Assembly: GCA_964434995.1 (NCBI GenBank)
Contig: CAYSXO010000001.1
Span: 14,900 to 78,899 of the forward strand
Origin: an uncultured Sphaerobacteraceae bacterium
GTDB taxonomy: Bacteria; Chloroflexota; Chloroflexia; Thermomicrobiales; UBA6265
Direction of reading: 5' to 3'
DNA: 64,000 nucleotides
Shown here: positions 1 to 9,552 of the stretch, piece after piece
How positions within the stretch are numbered: position 1 is the first letter of the stretch
How the letters are laid out: the number at the start of each line of letters is the position of its first letter
Notes under the pieces: model-generated
Told to the model about the DNA's origin: nothing
The model's database searches: none
Seen by the model: the letters and a program-made list of their open reading frames with translations, nothing else
Translations under genes and position numbers: made by a program

Positions 1-13
1 CGAGCTTTCCGAG

Positions 14-1996
14 TCATGCCAGAGCCACTTGAAGCTCAACGATCTCGTACAGCTCGATCTCAGGAATGTCACAATGAACCATGCCATCTCTGCGGATCCA
101 CTGCACCGGCCGGTCGCCAGGTTGGAGACGGACATTGCTGACCTCAGCCGGGCAATGCAAATATAGCTTGCGGGCGCCGGCCGGTGGAACTTTCTCCACA
201 AAGTAGTTGCTGCCTGACATATCCCGGTCGGCACCGCGATTCACCAGGTGAACCAGCCAGTCGCCATTCATCTTCTGGCGCACTGCAACTTCGATCTGCC
301 CGCATGGCTCGAGCATGGCGGCCGGAACCGGGTATATCTGCCGCAGACCGCGCATGACCACCTGGCGCAATACCGGCGCCTGAACCTGCTGATAGCCTTC
401 GAACACATCCCCGCAAAAAGTGAGTACCCGGCCTTTACCTCGCTGATACGCCACCCGTTCCGGCATCGCTGGGAGCAGGGCACCAGTCTGTGCGTCCCAC
501 AAGGTGCCATGGGGCGAAAGGCCAGCTCCGTTTAGCTGCCAGTAGGCGTAGAAAACACGCGTCGGTGATGGGCCGACATCAGTGCGCACAATGCGGATGT
601 CAGTGGCAACAGCTTGCGTCACTCCCGTTAACGCGGCCAAGTCTGGCCGCACATGCCCGCTGGCATCCATGTCCAGCGGCGCGCTGGCCAACAGGCATCC
701 ACCCGACTGGACAAATACATCCAGGGCCGCCACATCCTCAGCGGTGAGATCTGCCAAGCCGGCTACCACTATGACAGGCCATTGGGAGAAGCGATCGTGA
801 TGGGCGTCGCTGATGATGTCGTGATGCTGTCCGGCATTGACCAGCAGGTGCTGAGCCGCCAGAAGCCGCTTCAAGGCCGGCGGTTCGTGTCGCAGCAGCG
901 GCGAGGTCTCGAATGGCGCACGCGGCAGAAAGAGCGCCACTTCCCGCACTGAGGTCGTGTCCTGGCACCACCGCTGGCGCGCTCGGATGAACCGTGCCAG
1001 GTCATCCAGTAGTTCGACCGCATCTTCGTGAATCGACCCGTCGAGCATGGGCGAGGTCCAAAGAAATACCCGCGCCCCGTTTGCCATGATGACAGCAGCC
1101 TCCTGGGCTTGATGCTCGGGGGCTTTGTAGTACAGGCGCTCCCAGTTCTCATCAGCTGTGAATTGGCAAATCATGATGTCGCCGGGCAGGTCTTGCGCGC
1201 CAATGTAGCGTGCTTCGGCGCTGGCGGCAGGAGCACTGCGGCTGACTGGAACATCGCCACTCAGCCAATCCACGGTGCCAGGCGCGAGGCCAGGGCTGCG
1301 CAGCGTTTGCAGCCAATTGACCGACATCTGGCATTCAGGCAAAGTTTGCCTGAGGGTGGCTCGGATCTTTGCAACGTAGGCGCTGTAGCTGTCGCGGAGA
1401 AAGCGCAGAGCCTCCGGATAGAGTGGCGCAGTTACATCCCTTGGCAGCGCCTGCCCAGTTCGTATCCGGAACTGAGCCTCGCAGGCAGGGCAATAACACA
1501 ACCGTCCGGTAAAGGCGTCACCGTCAAACCAGAAACCATCCGGTTGATATTCACGACATATTTCGCTCAATTGCGGCAGCATGTAGTCGTCCACATAGCC
1601 GCTGTTGAAGCATAACCGGCTCCAGATCACTTCTGAGAACCAAGTGTCCAGGGTTCCATCGGACTTGACAATGCACCATTCGGGGTGACGTTCGCCGGCG
1701 AAATTGTCTACCAGGGTTGAGTAGTAGACCGAGAGCGGGAGCCCCAGCGCAGTGGTTACATCGCGATACAACCGCAGAGTGTCGCGCGCATAGTTTTCGC
1801 TGGTCGCCCCCACCCGCGTGGGATAACTGGCGAGGCCAGGATGTCCTTTGGCATCCACCTGGACCATATCGGGCTTGATTCGCTGGAGGATGCCCCGCAA
1901 GCGTTCAGCGGTCATTCCGGCACCGGTGGCCGAATGGGGACGAACGTGATAGTCCACGTGCCAGTTGAAGTAGCTCGCTTCGTACCAGCTTGCCAT
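14..1996 (-). CDS. Putative glycoside hydrolase (GHL6/GH42-like TIM barrel plus beta-galactosidase-trimerisation-like C-terminal half)
   Basis: Complete 660-aa ORF (stop TGA at 14-16). A 'DGFWFDGD' strand is followed by the Cys cluster 'RLCYCPACEAQF', a pattern I associate with GH42/GHL6-type sugar hydrolases. The family call rests on remembered motifs only. Confidence 0.45.
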   Translation of the reverse strand: MASWYEASYFNWHVDYHVRPHSATGAGMTAERLRGILQRIKPDMVQVDAKGHPGLASYPTRVGATSENYARDTLRLYRDVTTALGLPLSVYYSTLVDNFAGERHPEWCIVKSDGTLDTWFSEVIWSRLCFNSGYVDDYMLPQLSEICREYQPDGFWFDGDAFTGRLCYCPACEAQFRIRTGQALPRDVTAPLYPEALRFLRDSYSAYVAKIRATLRQTLPECQMSVNWLQTLRSPGLAPGTVDWLSGDVPVSRSAPAASAEARYIGAQDLPGDIMICQFTADENWERLYYKAPEHQAQEAAVIMANGARVFLWTSPMLDGSIHEDAVELLDDLARFIRARQRWCQDTTSVREVALFLPRAPFETSPLLRHEPPALKRLLAAQHLLVNAGQHHDIISDAHHDRFSQWPVIVVAGLADLTAEDVAALDVFVQSGGCLLASAPLDMDASGHVRPDLAALTGVTQAVATDIRIVRTDVGPSPTRVFYAYWQLNGAGLSPHGTLWDAQTGALLPAMPERVAYQRGKGRVLTFCGDVFEGYQQVQAPVLRQVVMRGLRQIYPVPAAMLEPCGQIEVAVRQKMNGDWLVHLVNRGADRDMSGSNYFVEKVPPAGARKLYLHCPAEVSNVRLQPGDRPVQWIRRDGMVHCDIPEIELYEIVELQVALA

Positions 1997-2061
1997 ATTA
2001 GGAAGGCGGTGCTATCGCAGCCAGCGAGACGCAGCCGCAGCCAAGCTGGTTCGGCCCGCAG

Positions 2062-2829
2062 TTACTCAGAACCATTCTCCGCAGAGTCCTTATTGTCGGT
2101 ACCAGCCAGGGTTCCAACGAGCGGTGCTTGGTTCTTTTGGTCGGCGGCCTGCATGTCTTGCACGAGCGATTGCTGCGCGCGCTGCATATGGGTGGTAATT
2201 GCCGCCATCAACGCAGTCCGATCACGAGCGCCCAGCGCATCCATGATTGCCCGGTGCTCGTTTCTCTCCTTATCCAGTCGGTGATACCAATTAGAGGAAG
2301 CTCGATAGTGGATGCGCGCAATCTGGATCATCGCATGGAGGCTGCGATAGATTTCAAGCAACTTGCGATTCCCAGACAGCTCCACGAATAGTTCGTGGAA
2401 GTCAAAGTTCTTGCGCAGGTGCTCTTCGACATTGTCCAGCGACTGAGTCGCCGCCTCCACGGCCAGACAGGCAGCCTCCAATTGAGCCAGGAGTTCTGGC
2501 GTCACCGTACGCACCAACCGCTCACCGGCTGCCAGTTCAAGCGCCAGGCGGACCTCGTACGTCTCAAGAACTTCTTCAATGGTAAGTTCGGCCACATACG
2601 TGCTACGGCGAGGGCTTATTCGAACCAGACCCTCCGCCGCCAGCAGGTTGAGGGCATCCTTGACGGGGGTACGGCTGACGCCCAATTGTTGTGCCAGATC
2701 GTCCACTTGGAGCCGCTCACCAGGTGCAAATGTCTGATTGATGATGTGGGCACGGAGTGTCTGATAGACATTGTCCGCTATGGTCCGTGTTGGCAAGGCA
2801 TGAATTGGTGCGAGCGAGTTGTTTGACAT
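2062..2829 (-). CDS. GntR-family transcriptional regulator (FadR/FCD subfamily)
   Basis: 255-aa ORF. The N-terminal wHTH 'VYQTLRAHIINQTFAPGERLQVDDLAQQLGVSRTPVKDALNLLAAEGLV' is typical of GntR, and the all-helical C-terminal half resembles FCD domains. It is divergent from the long plus-strand gene run. Confidence 0.85.
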   Translation of the reverse strand: MSNNSLAPIHALPTRTIADNVYQTLRAHIINQTFAPGERLQVDDLAQQLGVSRTPVKDALNLLAAEGLVRISPRRSTYVAELTIEEVLETYEVRLALELAAGERLVRTVTPELLAQLEAACLAVEAATQSLDNVEEHLRKNFDFHELFVELSGNRKLLEIYRSLHAMIQIARIHYRASSNWYHRLDKERNEHRAIMDALGARDRTALMAAITTHMQRAQQSLVQDMQAADQKNQAPLVGTLAGTDNKDSAENGSE

Positions 2830-2844
2830 TCGACTTATAGTCTG

Positions 2845-2877
2845 TATAATCTAAAATGTGAAATCCTGAAATTTCAG
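2845..2877 (+). promoter_or_regulatory. Putative -10 box (TATAAT 2845-2850) followed by a perfect 12-bp palindrome CTGAAATTTCAG (2866-2877); candidate operator in the GntR/RidA divergent region
   Basis: Read directly in the AT-rich 100-bp divergent intergenic region 2830-2929. The palindrome lies about 16 nt downstream of the -10 box, where a repressor would block initiation. No -35 element was identified. Confidence 0.35.
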
Positions 2878-2929
2878 AATATTACCAGAGACATCATACA
2901 TGTGTTGTCCCCCAATTGTCAAGTAGCGC

Positions 2930-3337
2930 ATGATCATGCCCATCCTGCAGAACATTGCTGTTCCCACGGTACCCAAATTCAACCCGGCAGCGCCCTACTC
3001 CACGGCGTTGCGCGCGGGAAATCTTCTCTATATTACTGGGCAGGTTTCCACAAATGAACATAATGTCATAGTGGGTGAAGGAGACATTAGGGCCCAAGTC
3101 CGGCAAATATTCATCAACCTGGGGCATATCCTTCGTGCGGTGGACGCCTCGTACGCAAACCTGGCGAAGCTCACGTACTACTACCAAAACATCGACGATG
3201 TGGCGAAACTCAGCGGTGTACGCGAGGAGTTCCTACTTGAACCCTACCCGGCTGTCACTGGTGTCGAAGTTGCGCGACTGGCCGACTCACGCCTACTCGT
3301 CGAAGTCGACGCGGTGGCAGTTTTATCAACCCCATGA
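2930..3337 (+). CDS. RidA/YjgF/TdcF-family reactive-intermediate (enamine/imine) deaminase
   Basis: 135-aa ORF. 'YSTALRAGNLLYITGQV' and 'PAVTGVEVARLADSRLLVEVDAVAV' match the conserved N- and C-terminal RidA blocks. Confidence 0.85.
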   Translation: MIMPILQNIAVPTVPKFNPAAPYSTALRAGNLLYITGQVSTNEHNVIVGEGDIRAQVRQIFINLGHILRAVDASYANLAKLTYYYQNIDDVAKLSGVREEFLLEPYPAVTGVEVARLADSRLLVEVDAVAVLSTP

Positions 3338-4701
3338 CACCCTCTCTGCCCTTGGATCACACCGAAGTCGCGATCATTGGCGGCGGTCTGGCCGGTCTCG
3401 CTGCGGCATGGGCCCTGAGAGACCGTGTCTCGGTGGTGCTCGAGGCTGACGACCGAGTCGGTGGCCGCCTCATTTCGTTGCCACGAGAACCCTATTGGCT
3501 AAATCTCGGTGCCGGGGTTTTCAGCGGTGAGGAGTCGCCAGTACGGGCCTTGATCCGTGAGGTAGGGCTAACCACACGAGAAATCCCAGGCAACATGATG
3601 GGTTTAGTTGTGGGCAAGACATTTGTGACCTCCGGGCGTGTGGAGATGTATCCGCTACGCCTGCCGCTCAGCCTGGCGGGGCGCATCTCCTTCCTTCAGG
3701 CAGGCGCGAAGATACGCCTCGCGGTGAGCCAATACAACCGCCTGGCTGAACAACGTCCGGGTGAGACCGCCGAAGCGGCCGAAGCCCGCCTGTTTGCATT
3801 CGAAGGCGACCGTTCCTTCAAAGAGTTTCTTGGCCGGCTCCACCCGGAGGCAGAAGCTATCTTCCGGTGCACCGCCGCAAACCGCATTGGTACGGAATTG
3901 GAGGACCTTTCCGCAACTGGCGGCATTGGAACTTACGCCTACCAATTCAGCGGCAAAGCCAGTCACCTCAGCCACAATTTGATGGGTGGTTCCGGGCGCC
4001 TGCCCGAGGCGCTGGCTGCGAAACTCGAAGGTCGCATCTTTACTGGGGCCGCAGTGGAGCGCGTCAAGCCTGGCCGAGCGAGTGTGACTGTCACTTATAG
4101 CCTGGACGGTGAACCGCGCCGGCTAGAGGCAAAGGCTGCCATCGTCGCCACACCGGCCGATATTGCACACACACTGATTCAGCCATTGCCGCCGGGGCTG
4201 ATCCACGCCTTGACAGCGGTACGCTATGGACAGGCGGTGTTGGTCGCCATGCTTACCGGCGAGGAGGGCGCCATGCCCTACGACAATGTGTACGCGCTCT
4301 CCACGCCTCAACGGCGGTTCACGATCCTAATCAACGTTGCCAGCACCCTCAGAGGCACAGGCAAACGTCAGCCCGGCGGCAGCTTGTTGGCCTACGCCGG
4401 TGGCAATCTGGCACGCGCGTACATGGATCGTTCGGATGAGGCTATCGAGCAAGAGTTTCTGGATGAGCTCTACCAGATGTACCCCGAAACCCGAGGCATT
4501 GTCCGCGAAACGCGGATCAAGCGGTGGGATCGGATCGTGCCATATTCGTTTCCAGGCCGGTACAAGCTTCAGCCTGCATTCGATCAGCCGATGGAGCGGG
4601 TGTTTCTGGCAGGCGATTACCTGGGCAACTGGGCCAATATGGAAGTGGCGGTGGCCTCAGGTCAAAGGGCCGCGAAACAGGCTCGGGCGTTGCTTCAATA
4701 A
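3334..4701 (+). CDS. FAD-dependent oxidoreductase, flavin amine oxidase / protoporphyrinogen-oxidase-like
   Basis: 455-aa ORF. It has the dinucleotide-binding motif 'VAIIGGGLAGLAAAWAL' followed by 'LEADDRVGGR', typical of amine-oxidase-type flavoproteins. ATGA overlap with the RidA stop. Confidence 0.75.
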   Translation: MTPSLPLDHTEVAIIGGGLAGLAAAWALRDRVSVVLEADDRVGGRLISLPREPYWLNLGAGVFSGEESPVRALIREVGLTTREIPGNMMGLVVGKTFVTSGRVEMYPLRLPLSLAGRISFLQAGAKIRLAVSQYNRLAEQRPGETAEAAEARLFAFEGDRSFKEFLGRLHPEAEAIFRCTAANRIGTELEDLSATGGIGTYAYQFSGKASHLSHNLMGGSGRLPEALAAKLEGRIFTGAAVERVKPGRASVTVTYSLDGEPRRLEAKAAIVATPADIAHTLIQPLPPGLIHALTAVRYGQAVLVAMLTGEEGAMPYDNVYALSTPQRRFTILINVASTLRGTGKRQPGGSLLAYAGGNLARAYMDRSDEAIEQEFLDELYQMYPETRGIVRETRIKRWDRIVPYSFPGRYKLQPAFDQPMERVFLAGDYLGNWANMEVAVASGQRAAKQARALLQ

Positions 4702-4880
4702 TGGTGGTGAGTTGACCGGATTATGCCCAAGGGGGTCGGCCGCCGGCCTCGATCGGGTGAGTATCTGACGCGATCCGGTCGGCCCGTGTTTTTCGACACA
4801 TTTACCGAGACACTCCAGCGTCTCGATCCCTAGATTGCGGGTACCCGAGTACCCCAAGACGGTTCTGGCGCGATAGAGAG

Positions 4881-5378
4881 ATGGGTCTAATACGTTACCT
4901 GCAATCCATACCGCTCTTGCTGGAAGTGGTCTTCGACCTGGCGAATGGCGCGCTACGTCCCCTTCGGCGCTGGCTAAAGCCCGGCGGCCAGGTGGAACGC
5001 TGGTTCGTGGCGCTCGAGCACGCCGGGAAGGGAGCCATCTTCGACTGCCGCATGTGCGGCCAATGTGTGTTGCACTCAACTGGCATGACTTGCCCGATGA
5101 CGTGCCCGAAGAACTTGCGCAATGGCCCCTGCGGCGGCGTACGCGCTAACGGTCATTGTGAGGTCATTCCCACCATGCGCTGCGTGTGGGTTCAGGCTTG
5201 GGAGCGGTCGCAGCACATGCCTAGGTACGGCGGCGATATACGCCATCTGGTTGCGCCTCTGAACTGGCGGCTGCAAGGCTCGTCGGCTTGGATTAACGAT
5301 TTCACCGATGCCACCCGACCGCCAGCCGGCTGGATCAAGGTCGAGTCCATCCAGGGGCCATCGCGGCAGCAAGCATAG
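4881..5378 (+). CDS. Methylenetetrahydrofolate reductase C-terminal-domain-like Cys-rich protein (stand-alone)
   Basis: 165-aa ORF with 'CRMCGQCVLHSTGMTCPMTCPKNLRNGPCGG'. I recognise this as the MTHFR_C-type Cys-rich signature (C..CG.C....CP..CPK...NGPCGG). No MetF catalytic domain is adjacent. Confidence 0.6.
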   Translation: MGLIRYLQSIPLLLEVVFDLANGALRPLRRWLKPGGQVERWFVALEHAGKGAIFDCRMCGQCVLHSTGMTCPMTCPKNLRNGPCGGVRANGHCEVIPTMRCVWVQAWERSQHMPRYGGDIRHLVAPLNWRLQGSSAWINDFTDATRPPAGWIKVESIQGPSRQQA

Positions 5379-5392
5379 ACAAGCCCCCCGTC

Positions 5393-6787
5393 TTGTTCAT
5401 GCGTGAAGAGATTGAGACCATGGAAGCGAACCCGGCCAGGAGACCAGAAGAGCAAAGCGCCCTGGACCATGTTTGGGTCCACGCGATGCAGTATGCCGAC
5501 CTAGCCCAAGACGACGGGCTGAAGGTCTTTGTGCGAGGCGAGCGAAGCACACTCTACGACGTGCGTGGGCGGGCTTTCCTCGACGGCATGGCGGGCTTGT
5601 GCATCGTCAACGCCGGTCATGGACGGACCGAGATCGCGGAGGCCATGGCGGTCCAGGCCGCGCAGTTAGCTTACGTCAGCTCGTTCAACCACGTGACGCT
5701 GCCCACCGTGCAGCTCGCGGCCAAGCTCGCCACCCTGACGCCGCCGGGCTTGGACCGCGTGTTCTTTTGTAGCGGCGGCTCGGAGGCCGTGGAGACGGCG
5801 CTCAAGATCGCGCGGCAGTACCACGTTCTGCGAGGCGAGCCGCAGCGGCAGAAGATCATCAGCCGTCAGGAGTCCTATCACGGCGCGACCTACGGTGCCA
5901 TGAGTATTTCAGGCCGGGGCAGACCCCACCTCAATCGATTCTTTGGCCCGCTCATGCCCGGCACCCACCAGGGGCCACAGCCTTATTGCTTCCGCTGCCC
6001 GCTCCATCTCACGTATCCCAGCTGCGGTGTGGCCTGCGCCGACGCGTTGGAAGACATCGTCCGCTACGAGGGCGCTGAGACCATTGCCGCCGTCGTGGCC
6101 GAGCCGGTTTCGTTCTCAGCCGGCATTGCACCGCCGCCGCTTGAGTACTGGCCTAAGCTGCGGGCCATGTGCGACCGGCACGGCATCCTGCTCATCGCTG
6201 ATGAGGTGATCACTGGTTTTGGCCGCACCGGGCGTTGGTTTGGCATTGAGCATTTCGGCGTCGTGCCCGATATGTTGACGCTGGCCAAAGGGTTTTCGAG
6301 TGGTTATGCCCCGTTAGGGGCGTGCGTGGTACGACGCGAATTGGCCGAGGCCTTTGTCGGGGACAGTGAGCGCACGATACGACACGGCTATTCCTACGGA
6401 GGCCATGCCGTTTCGGCCGCCGCCGGGCTGAAGAACATTGAGGTACTCGAACGCGAGGACCTGCCTGGCAACGCGGCCCGTCTCGGCGAACGGCTGCTTT
6501 CTGGGCTCAAGGAAATGGCTCGCCACCCCAGCGTGGGCGACGTGCGCGGCTTTGGCCTGATGTGCGCCATCGAGCTGGTGGTAGATAAGCCTAGCCGCCA
6601 GCGTATCACGATGGATCAGGCGCACGTACTCGACCGGTATCTAGTGCAGTTGGGCATCCTCACCCGCTGCTGGGACATCCTGTACTACGCGCCGCCGTTG
6701 TGCATCACCCCCGACGAGGTGGATCGAATCATCGAGGCGACCGACCTGGCGCTGGGCCGTTTTGAAGACGAGCTGGGCATCGGCTGA
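5393..6787 (+). CDS. Class-III (omega) pyridoxal-phosphate aminotransferase
   Basis: 464-aa ORF. Motifs: 'FFCSGGSEAVETALKIAR', 'LLIADEVITGFGRTGRWF', and 'LAKGFSSGYAPLG' (PLP lysine context). Confidence 0.85.
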   Translation: MFMREEIETMEANPARRPEEQSALDHVWVHAMQYADLAQDDGLKVFVRGERSTLYDVRGRAFLDGMAGLCIVNAGHGRTEIAEAMAVQAAQLAYVSSFNHVTLPTVQLAAKLATLTPPGLDRVFFCSGGSEAVETALKIARQYHVLRGEPQRQKIISRQESYHGATYGAMSISGRGRPHLNRFFGPLMPGTHQGPQPYCFRCPLHLTYPSCGVACADALEDIVRYEGAETIAAVVAEPVSFSAGIAPPPLEYWPKLRAMCDRHGILLIADEVITGFGRTGRWFGIEHFGVVPDMLTLAKGFSSGYAPLGACVVRRELAEAFVGDSERTIRHGYSYGGHAVSAAAGLKNIEVLEREDLPGNAARLGERLLSGLKEMARHPSVGDVRGFGLMCAIELVVDKPSRQRITMDQAHVLDRYLVQLGILTRCWDILYYAPPLCITPDEVDRIIEATDLALGRFEDELGIG

Positions 6788-6823
6788 CGGACGTATGAAG
6801 GCAGGGAGGCAGGAGACGCAAGC

Positions 6824-8029
6824 ATGAATGGGCGCGAGCGACTGTTGGCGGCGCTCACCGGCGAACAGCCTGACGCCATCCCGTTTGCCATCAACTTGTG
6901 GCAGTGGTTCTACGCCACCCGCAGCCGGAATGCGCTACCGGCCGAGATCGCGCACGCCCAGCACCCGCTCGACGTGCTGCGCTACCTGGGCGCGGACATT
7001 CTGGATCGCTGGGACCCGTTTTTCTGCACGCGCGAAGTCTATCCGCCGGGCATGTATTTCGAGCAGTACGTGAGCACCCTGCGCGACCCGCAACGCGCGC
7101 AGACCGTCGCCAACGGGATGATGACGTCCTACAACTATTACCCGCCCGGCACCGACACCCGCCAGCGCGAGTGGCATACCTCGGAGGGCCGCCTGACCCA
7201 GGTGTGGGAATACAGCCCGGACGCGCAGACCGACTTCGAGAATGAATACCTGTGGAAGGACTTTGACAGCGAATACGGCGCGGTGCGCTGCCTGGTGGAA
7301 GCGCGCGACTACGCCTTTGACGGGGAGCAATGGGCGGGCTGGGTGGCCCGCCTCGGCAACGACGGGCTGGCGATGCTCAAGGTCAACGAGACTCCGCTCA
7401 AGGCCCTGCATTGGCTGGCCGGGCCGCAGAACGCCACCATGTGGATCCTGGAGCACCCGGACGAGATGAAGGTCCTGGCGGAACTGCACGCCGAAAAGAC
7501 TCTGCGCCTGCTCGAAAGCGTGGTAGACCGCGACGATGCGCTGGTGTTCATGCTGCTCGACAACATGGACTCGATGTTTTACGCGCCGTACATGTTCGAT
7601 GAATTTTGCCGCGACTTCCTGGCCCAGGCCGCCGACATCATCCACAGCCGGGGAAAGTACCTGGCCGTCCATGCCTGCGGGCGCAACAAGGCGCTGCTCA
7701 GCCGGGTGGGCGAGGTGAAGATAGACATGCTGGAGGGCATCAGCCAGCCGCCGCTCGGCGATGTGTGGCTGCGCGAGGTGCGCGCCGGGATTGGCTACGA
7801 CCGCTTCACCATGAACGGCGGTATGAGCCTGCACCAGCAGGAGATCGAAGAAGACGCCGAAAACCTGATCCACGCCTACACCCGCGACCTGTTTGACGGG
7901 ATCAAAGCCAGCCCGGACGGCGGCCGACACTTCATCTACGCGTCGAGCTGCAACACCTCGCCACTCACCCCCTGGGAAAACATCCTCTACCTGCGCGATG
8001 CGGCGCGGGCCTATGGACGGTTAGCGTGA
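6824..8029 (+). CDS. Uroporphyrinogen-decarboxylase (URO-D)/MtaA-like methyltransferase family protein
   Basis: 401-aa ORF. The N-terminus 'MNGRERLLAALTGEQPDAIPF' is typical of the URO-D/MT2 family, and 'VHACGRN' gives an H-x-C-G putative Zn-ligand motif. Confidence 0.65.
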   Translation: MNGRERLLAALTGEQPDAIPFAINLWQWFYATRSRNALPAEIAHAQHPLDVLRYLGADILDRWDPFFCTREVYPPGMYFEQYVSTLRDPQRAQTVANGMMTSYNYYPPGTDTRQREWHTSEGRLTQVWEYSPDAQTDFENEYLWKDFDSEYGAVRCLVEARDYAFDGEQWAGWVARLGNDGLAMLKVNETPLKALHWLAGPQNATMWILEHPDEMKVLAELHAEKTLRLLESVVDRDDALVFMLLDNMDSMFYAPYMFDEFCRDFLAQAADIIHSRGKYLAVHACGRNKALLSRVGEVKIDMLEGISQPPLGDVWLREVRAGIGYDRFTMNGGMSLHQQEIEEDAENLIHAYTRDLFDGIKASPDGGRHFIYASSCNTSPLTPWENILYLRDAARAYGRLA

Positions 8030-9552
8030 TGACGGCGAATAACCTGCCGCACTTCCCCATGCTCCTCGGCGCCATCCAAGAAGCGGCCGGCCGGCGGCGG
8101 CTGATTAACCCCGCCACCGGCCAGGGCTTCGCGACCGCCGCCGAGGCCACCAGCGAGCACGTAGACCGGGCCGTGGCCGCGGCGCGCGCGGCCCAGCCGC
8201 GCTGGGCGCGCCTGTCGTTTGGCGAGCGCGCCCGCCTGTTATTACGGCTGGCCGATGCGCTCGAAAGTCACAGCGCCCGCCTGGCCGAGATTGAAACCGT
8301 CAACGTCGGCCACCCGATCAAATCGTCCGACTGGAACACGCACTATCCACCAGAGCTGTTTCGCTACTATGCCGGCATCGCCCGCCGGCGCGAGGGCGTG
8401 GCCGCCGGCGAATATTTAGGTGGCTACACCAGCCTGGTGCGGCGCGAGCCGGTGGGCGTGGTGGCCGCCATTGTGGGCTGGAACTATCCCCTCATCACCG
8501 CCGCCATCAAGCTCGCGCCCATCCTGGCCGCCGGCAACGCCGCCGTCATCAAGCCCGCGCCCAACACGCCCGCCTCGACCGTGATGCTGGCCCAGATCGC
8601 GCTCGAATCTGGGTTGCCGCCGGGCCTGATCAACGTGGTGACCGGCGACGCCGACATAGGCGAAGTCCTGGCCCTGCATCCCGACGTGCGCATGATCACC
8701 TTCACGGGCGGCACCGAGACCGGCCGGCGCGTGATGGCGCTGGCGGCCCGGTCAGTCAAGCCGGTGGTACTGGAGCTGGGCGGCAAAGCGCCCTTCATCG
8801 TCTTTGCCGATGCGGACGTGGAGGCCGCGGCCCAGGGGGCGGTAGTGGGGGGCTTCACCAATACCGGGCAGGACTGCTCGTGCGCCACGCGGCTGTACGT
8901 TCAGGCGGAGGTCTACGACGCCTTTCTCGACCGGCTGCTGGCGCTCACCGCGCAACTACGGGTGGGCGACCCCCTCGACCCGCACACCGATCTCGGCCCC
9001 TTGGCGAACGCCGAACAGCAGCGCCGGGTACACGCCTTTGTGGACGAAGCCGCGCAAACCGGCATCCCGGTGCTGGCCGGGGGCAAGCTGCCCGACGGCC
9101 CCAGCTGCTTTTACCCGCCCACCATCCTGGCCGGCGCGCCGCAGCACGCGCGCTGTATGCAGGCCGAGATCTTTGGCCCGGTGCTGGTCGTCAATCGGTT
9201 TGGCGACGAGGCCGAGGCCATCCGGCTGGCGAACGATGTTCCCTATGGCCTGGTCTCCAGCGTGTGGACGGGCAACGTCCAGCGCGCCATGCGGATGGCG
9301 GCGGCGCTCGAAACCGGCACAGTCTGGATCAACGATCACTGCCCCACGGCCTGCGAGCTGCCGCACGGCGGGTTCAAGCAGAGCGGCATCGGCAAAGACC
9401 TTTCGCACTACGCGCTCGACGCCTATACCGTGGTCAAGCATGTGATGCTCGACACCTCGGGCGCGCAGCGCAAGCCCTGGCACCATCTGACCTTTGGCGA
9501 GCCGGAGAGCGGCCAGGCCCACCACTTCGCCGCACAGGCGGACAACATTTGA
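8029..9552 (+). CDS. NAD(P)-dependent aldehyde dehydrogenase
   Basis: Motifs: 'VLELGGKAPFIVF' (catalytic Glu block) and 'FTNTGQDCSCATR' (catalytic Cys block). The ATG at 8029 overlaps the upstream TGA (TGATG); a GTG at 8026 is an alternative start. Confidence 0.9.
   Translation: MTANNLPHFPMLLGAIQEAAGRRRLINPATGQGFATAAEATSEHVDRAVAAARAAQPRWARLSFGERARLLLRLADALESHSARLAEIETVNVGHPIKSSDWNTHYPPELFRYYAGIARRREGVAAGEYLGGYTSLVRREPVGVVAAIVGWNYPLITAAIKLAPILAAGNAAVIKPAPNTPASTVMLAQIALESGLPPGLINVVTGDADIGEVLALHPDVRMITFTGGTETGRRVMALAARSVKPVVLELGGKAPFIVFADADVEAAAQGAVVGGFTNTGQDCSCATRLYVQAEVYDAFLDRLLALTAQLRVGDPLDPHTDLGPLANAEQQRRVHAFVDEAAQTGIPVLAGGKLPDGPSCFYPPTILAGAPQHARCMQAEIFGPVLVVNRFGDEAEAIRLANDVPYGLVSSVWTGNVQRAMRMAAALETGTVWINDHCPTACELPHGGFKQSGIGKDLSHYALDAYTVVKHVMLDTSGAQRKPWHHLTFGEPESGQAHHFAAQADNI

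Noticed and set aside
4714-4793. An 8-bp inverted repeat GACCGGAT...ATCCGGTC with a TTTTT run (4789-4793) after the FAD-oxidoreductase gene. It was considered as an intrinsic terminator splitting the long gene run.
   Set aside because: The arms are about 50 nt apart, the T-run starts 8 nt after the stem, and no compact GC-rich hairpin abuts it. This is too weak to call without folding energies or transcript data.
6935-7930. A 331-aa antisense ORF inside the URO-D-like gene. Similar long antisense or out-of-frame ORFs occur at 9822-10535, 20815-21759, 26482-27414, 29934-30647 and 63135-63845.
   Set aside because: The explanation is the same codon-bias artefact. In each case the opposite or other frame encodes a protein with clear family motifs, and the shadow translations are Arg/Gly/Ala/Pro-rich without motifs.
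8880-9551. The N-terminal 224 codons of tracked ORF 8880-10733. Analogous 5' extensions occur at 13636-13809, 33079-33504, 52082-52252, 37861-38004, 43742-43834 and 47417-47497.
   Set aside because: These stretches overlap the preceding, well-supported genes in another frame and translate to Arg/Pro/Gly-rich junk. Internal starts that coincide with upstream stops or follow RBSs give canonical N-termini, so the extensions are run-on ORFs.
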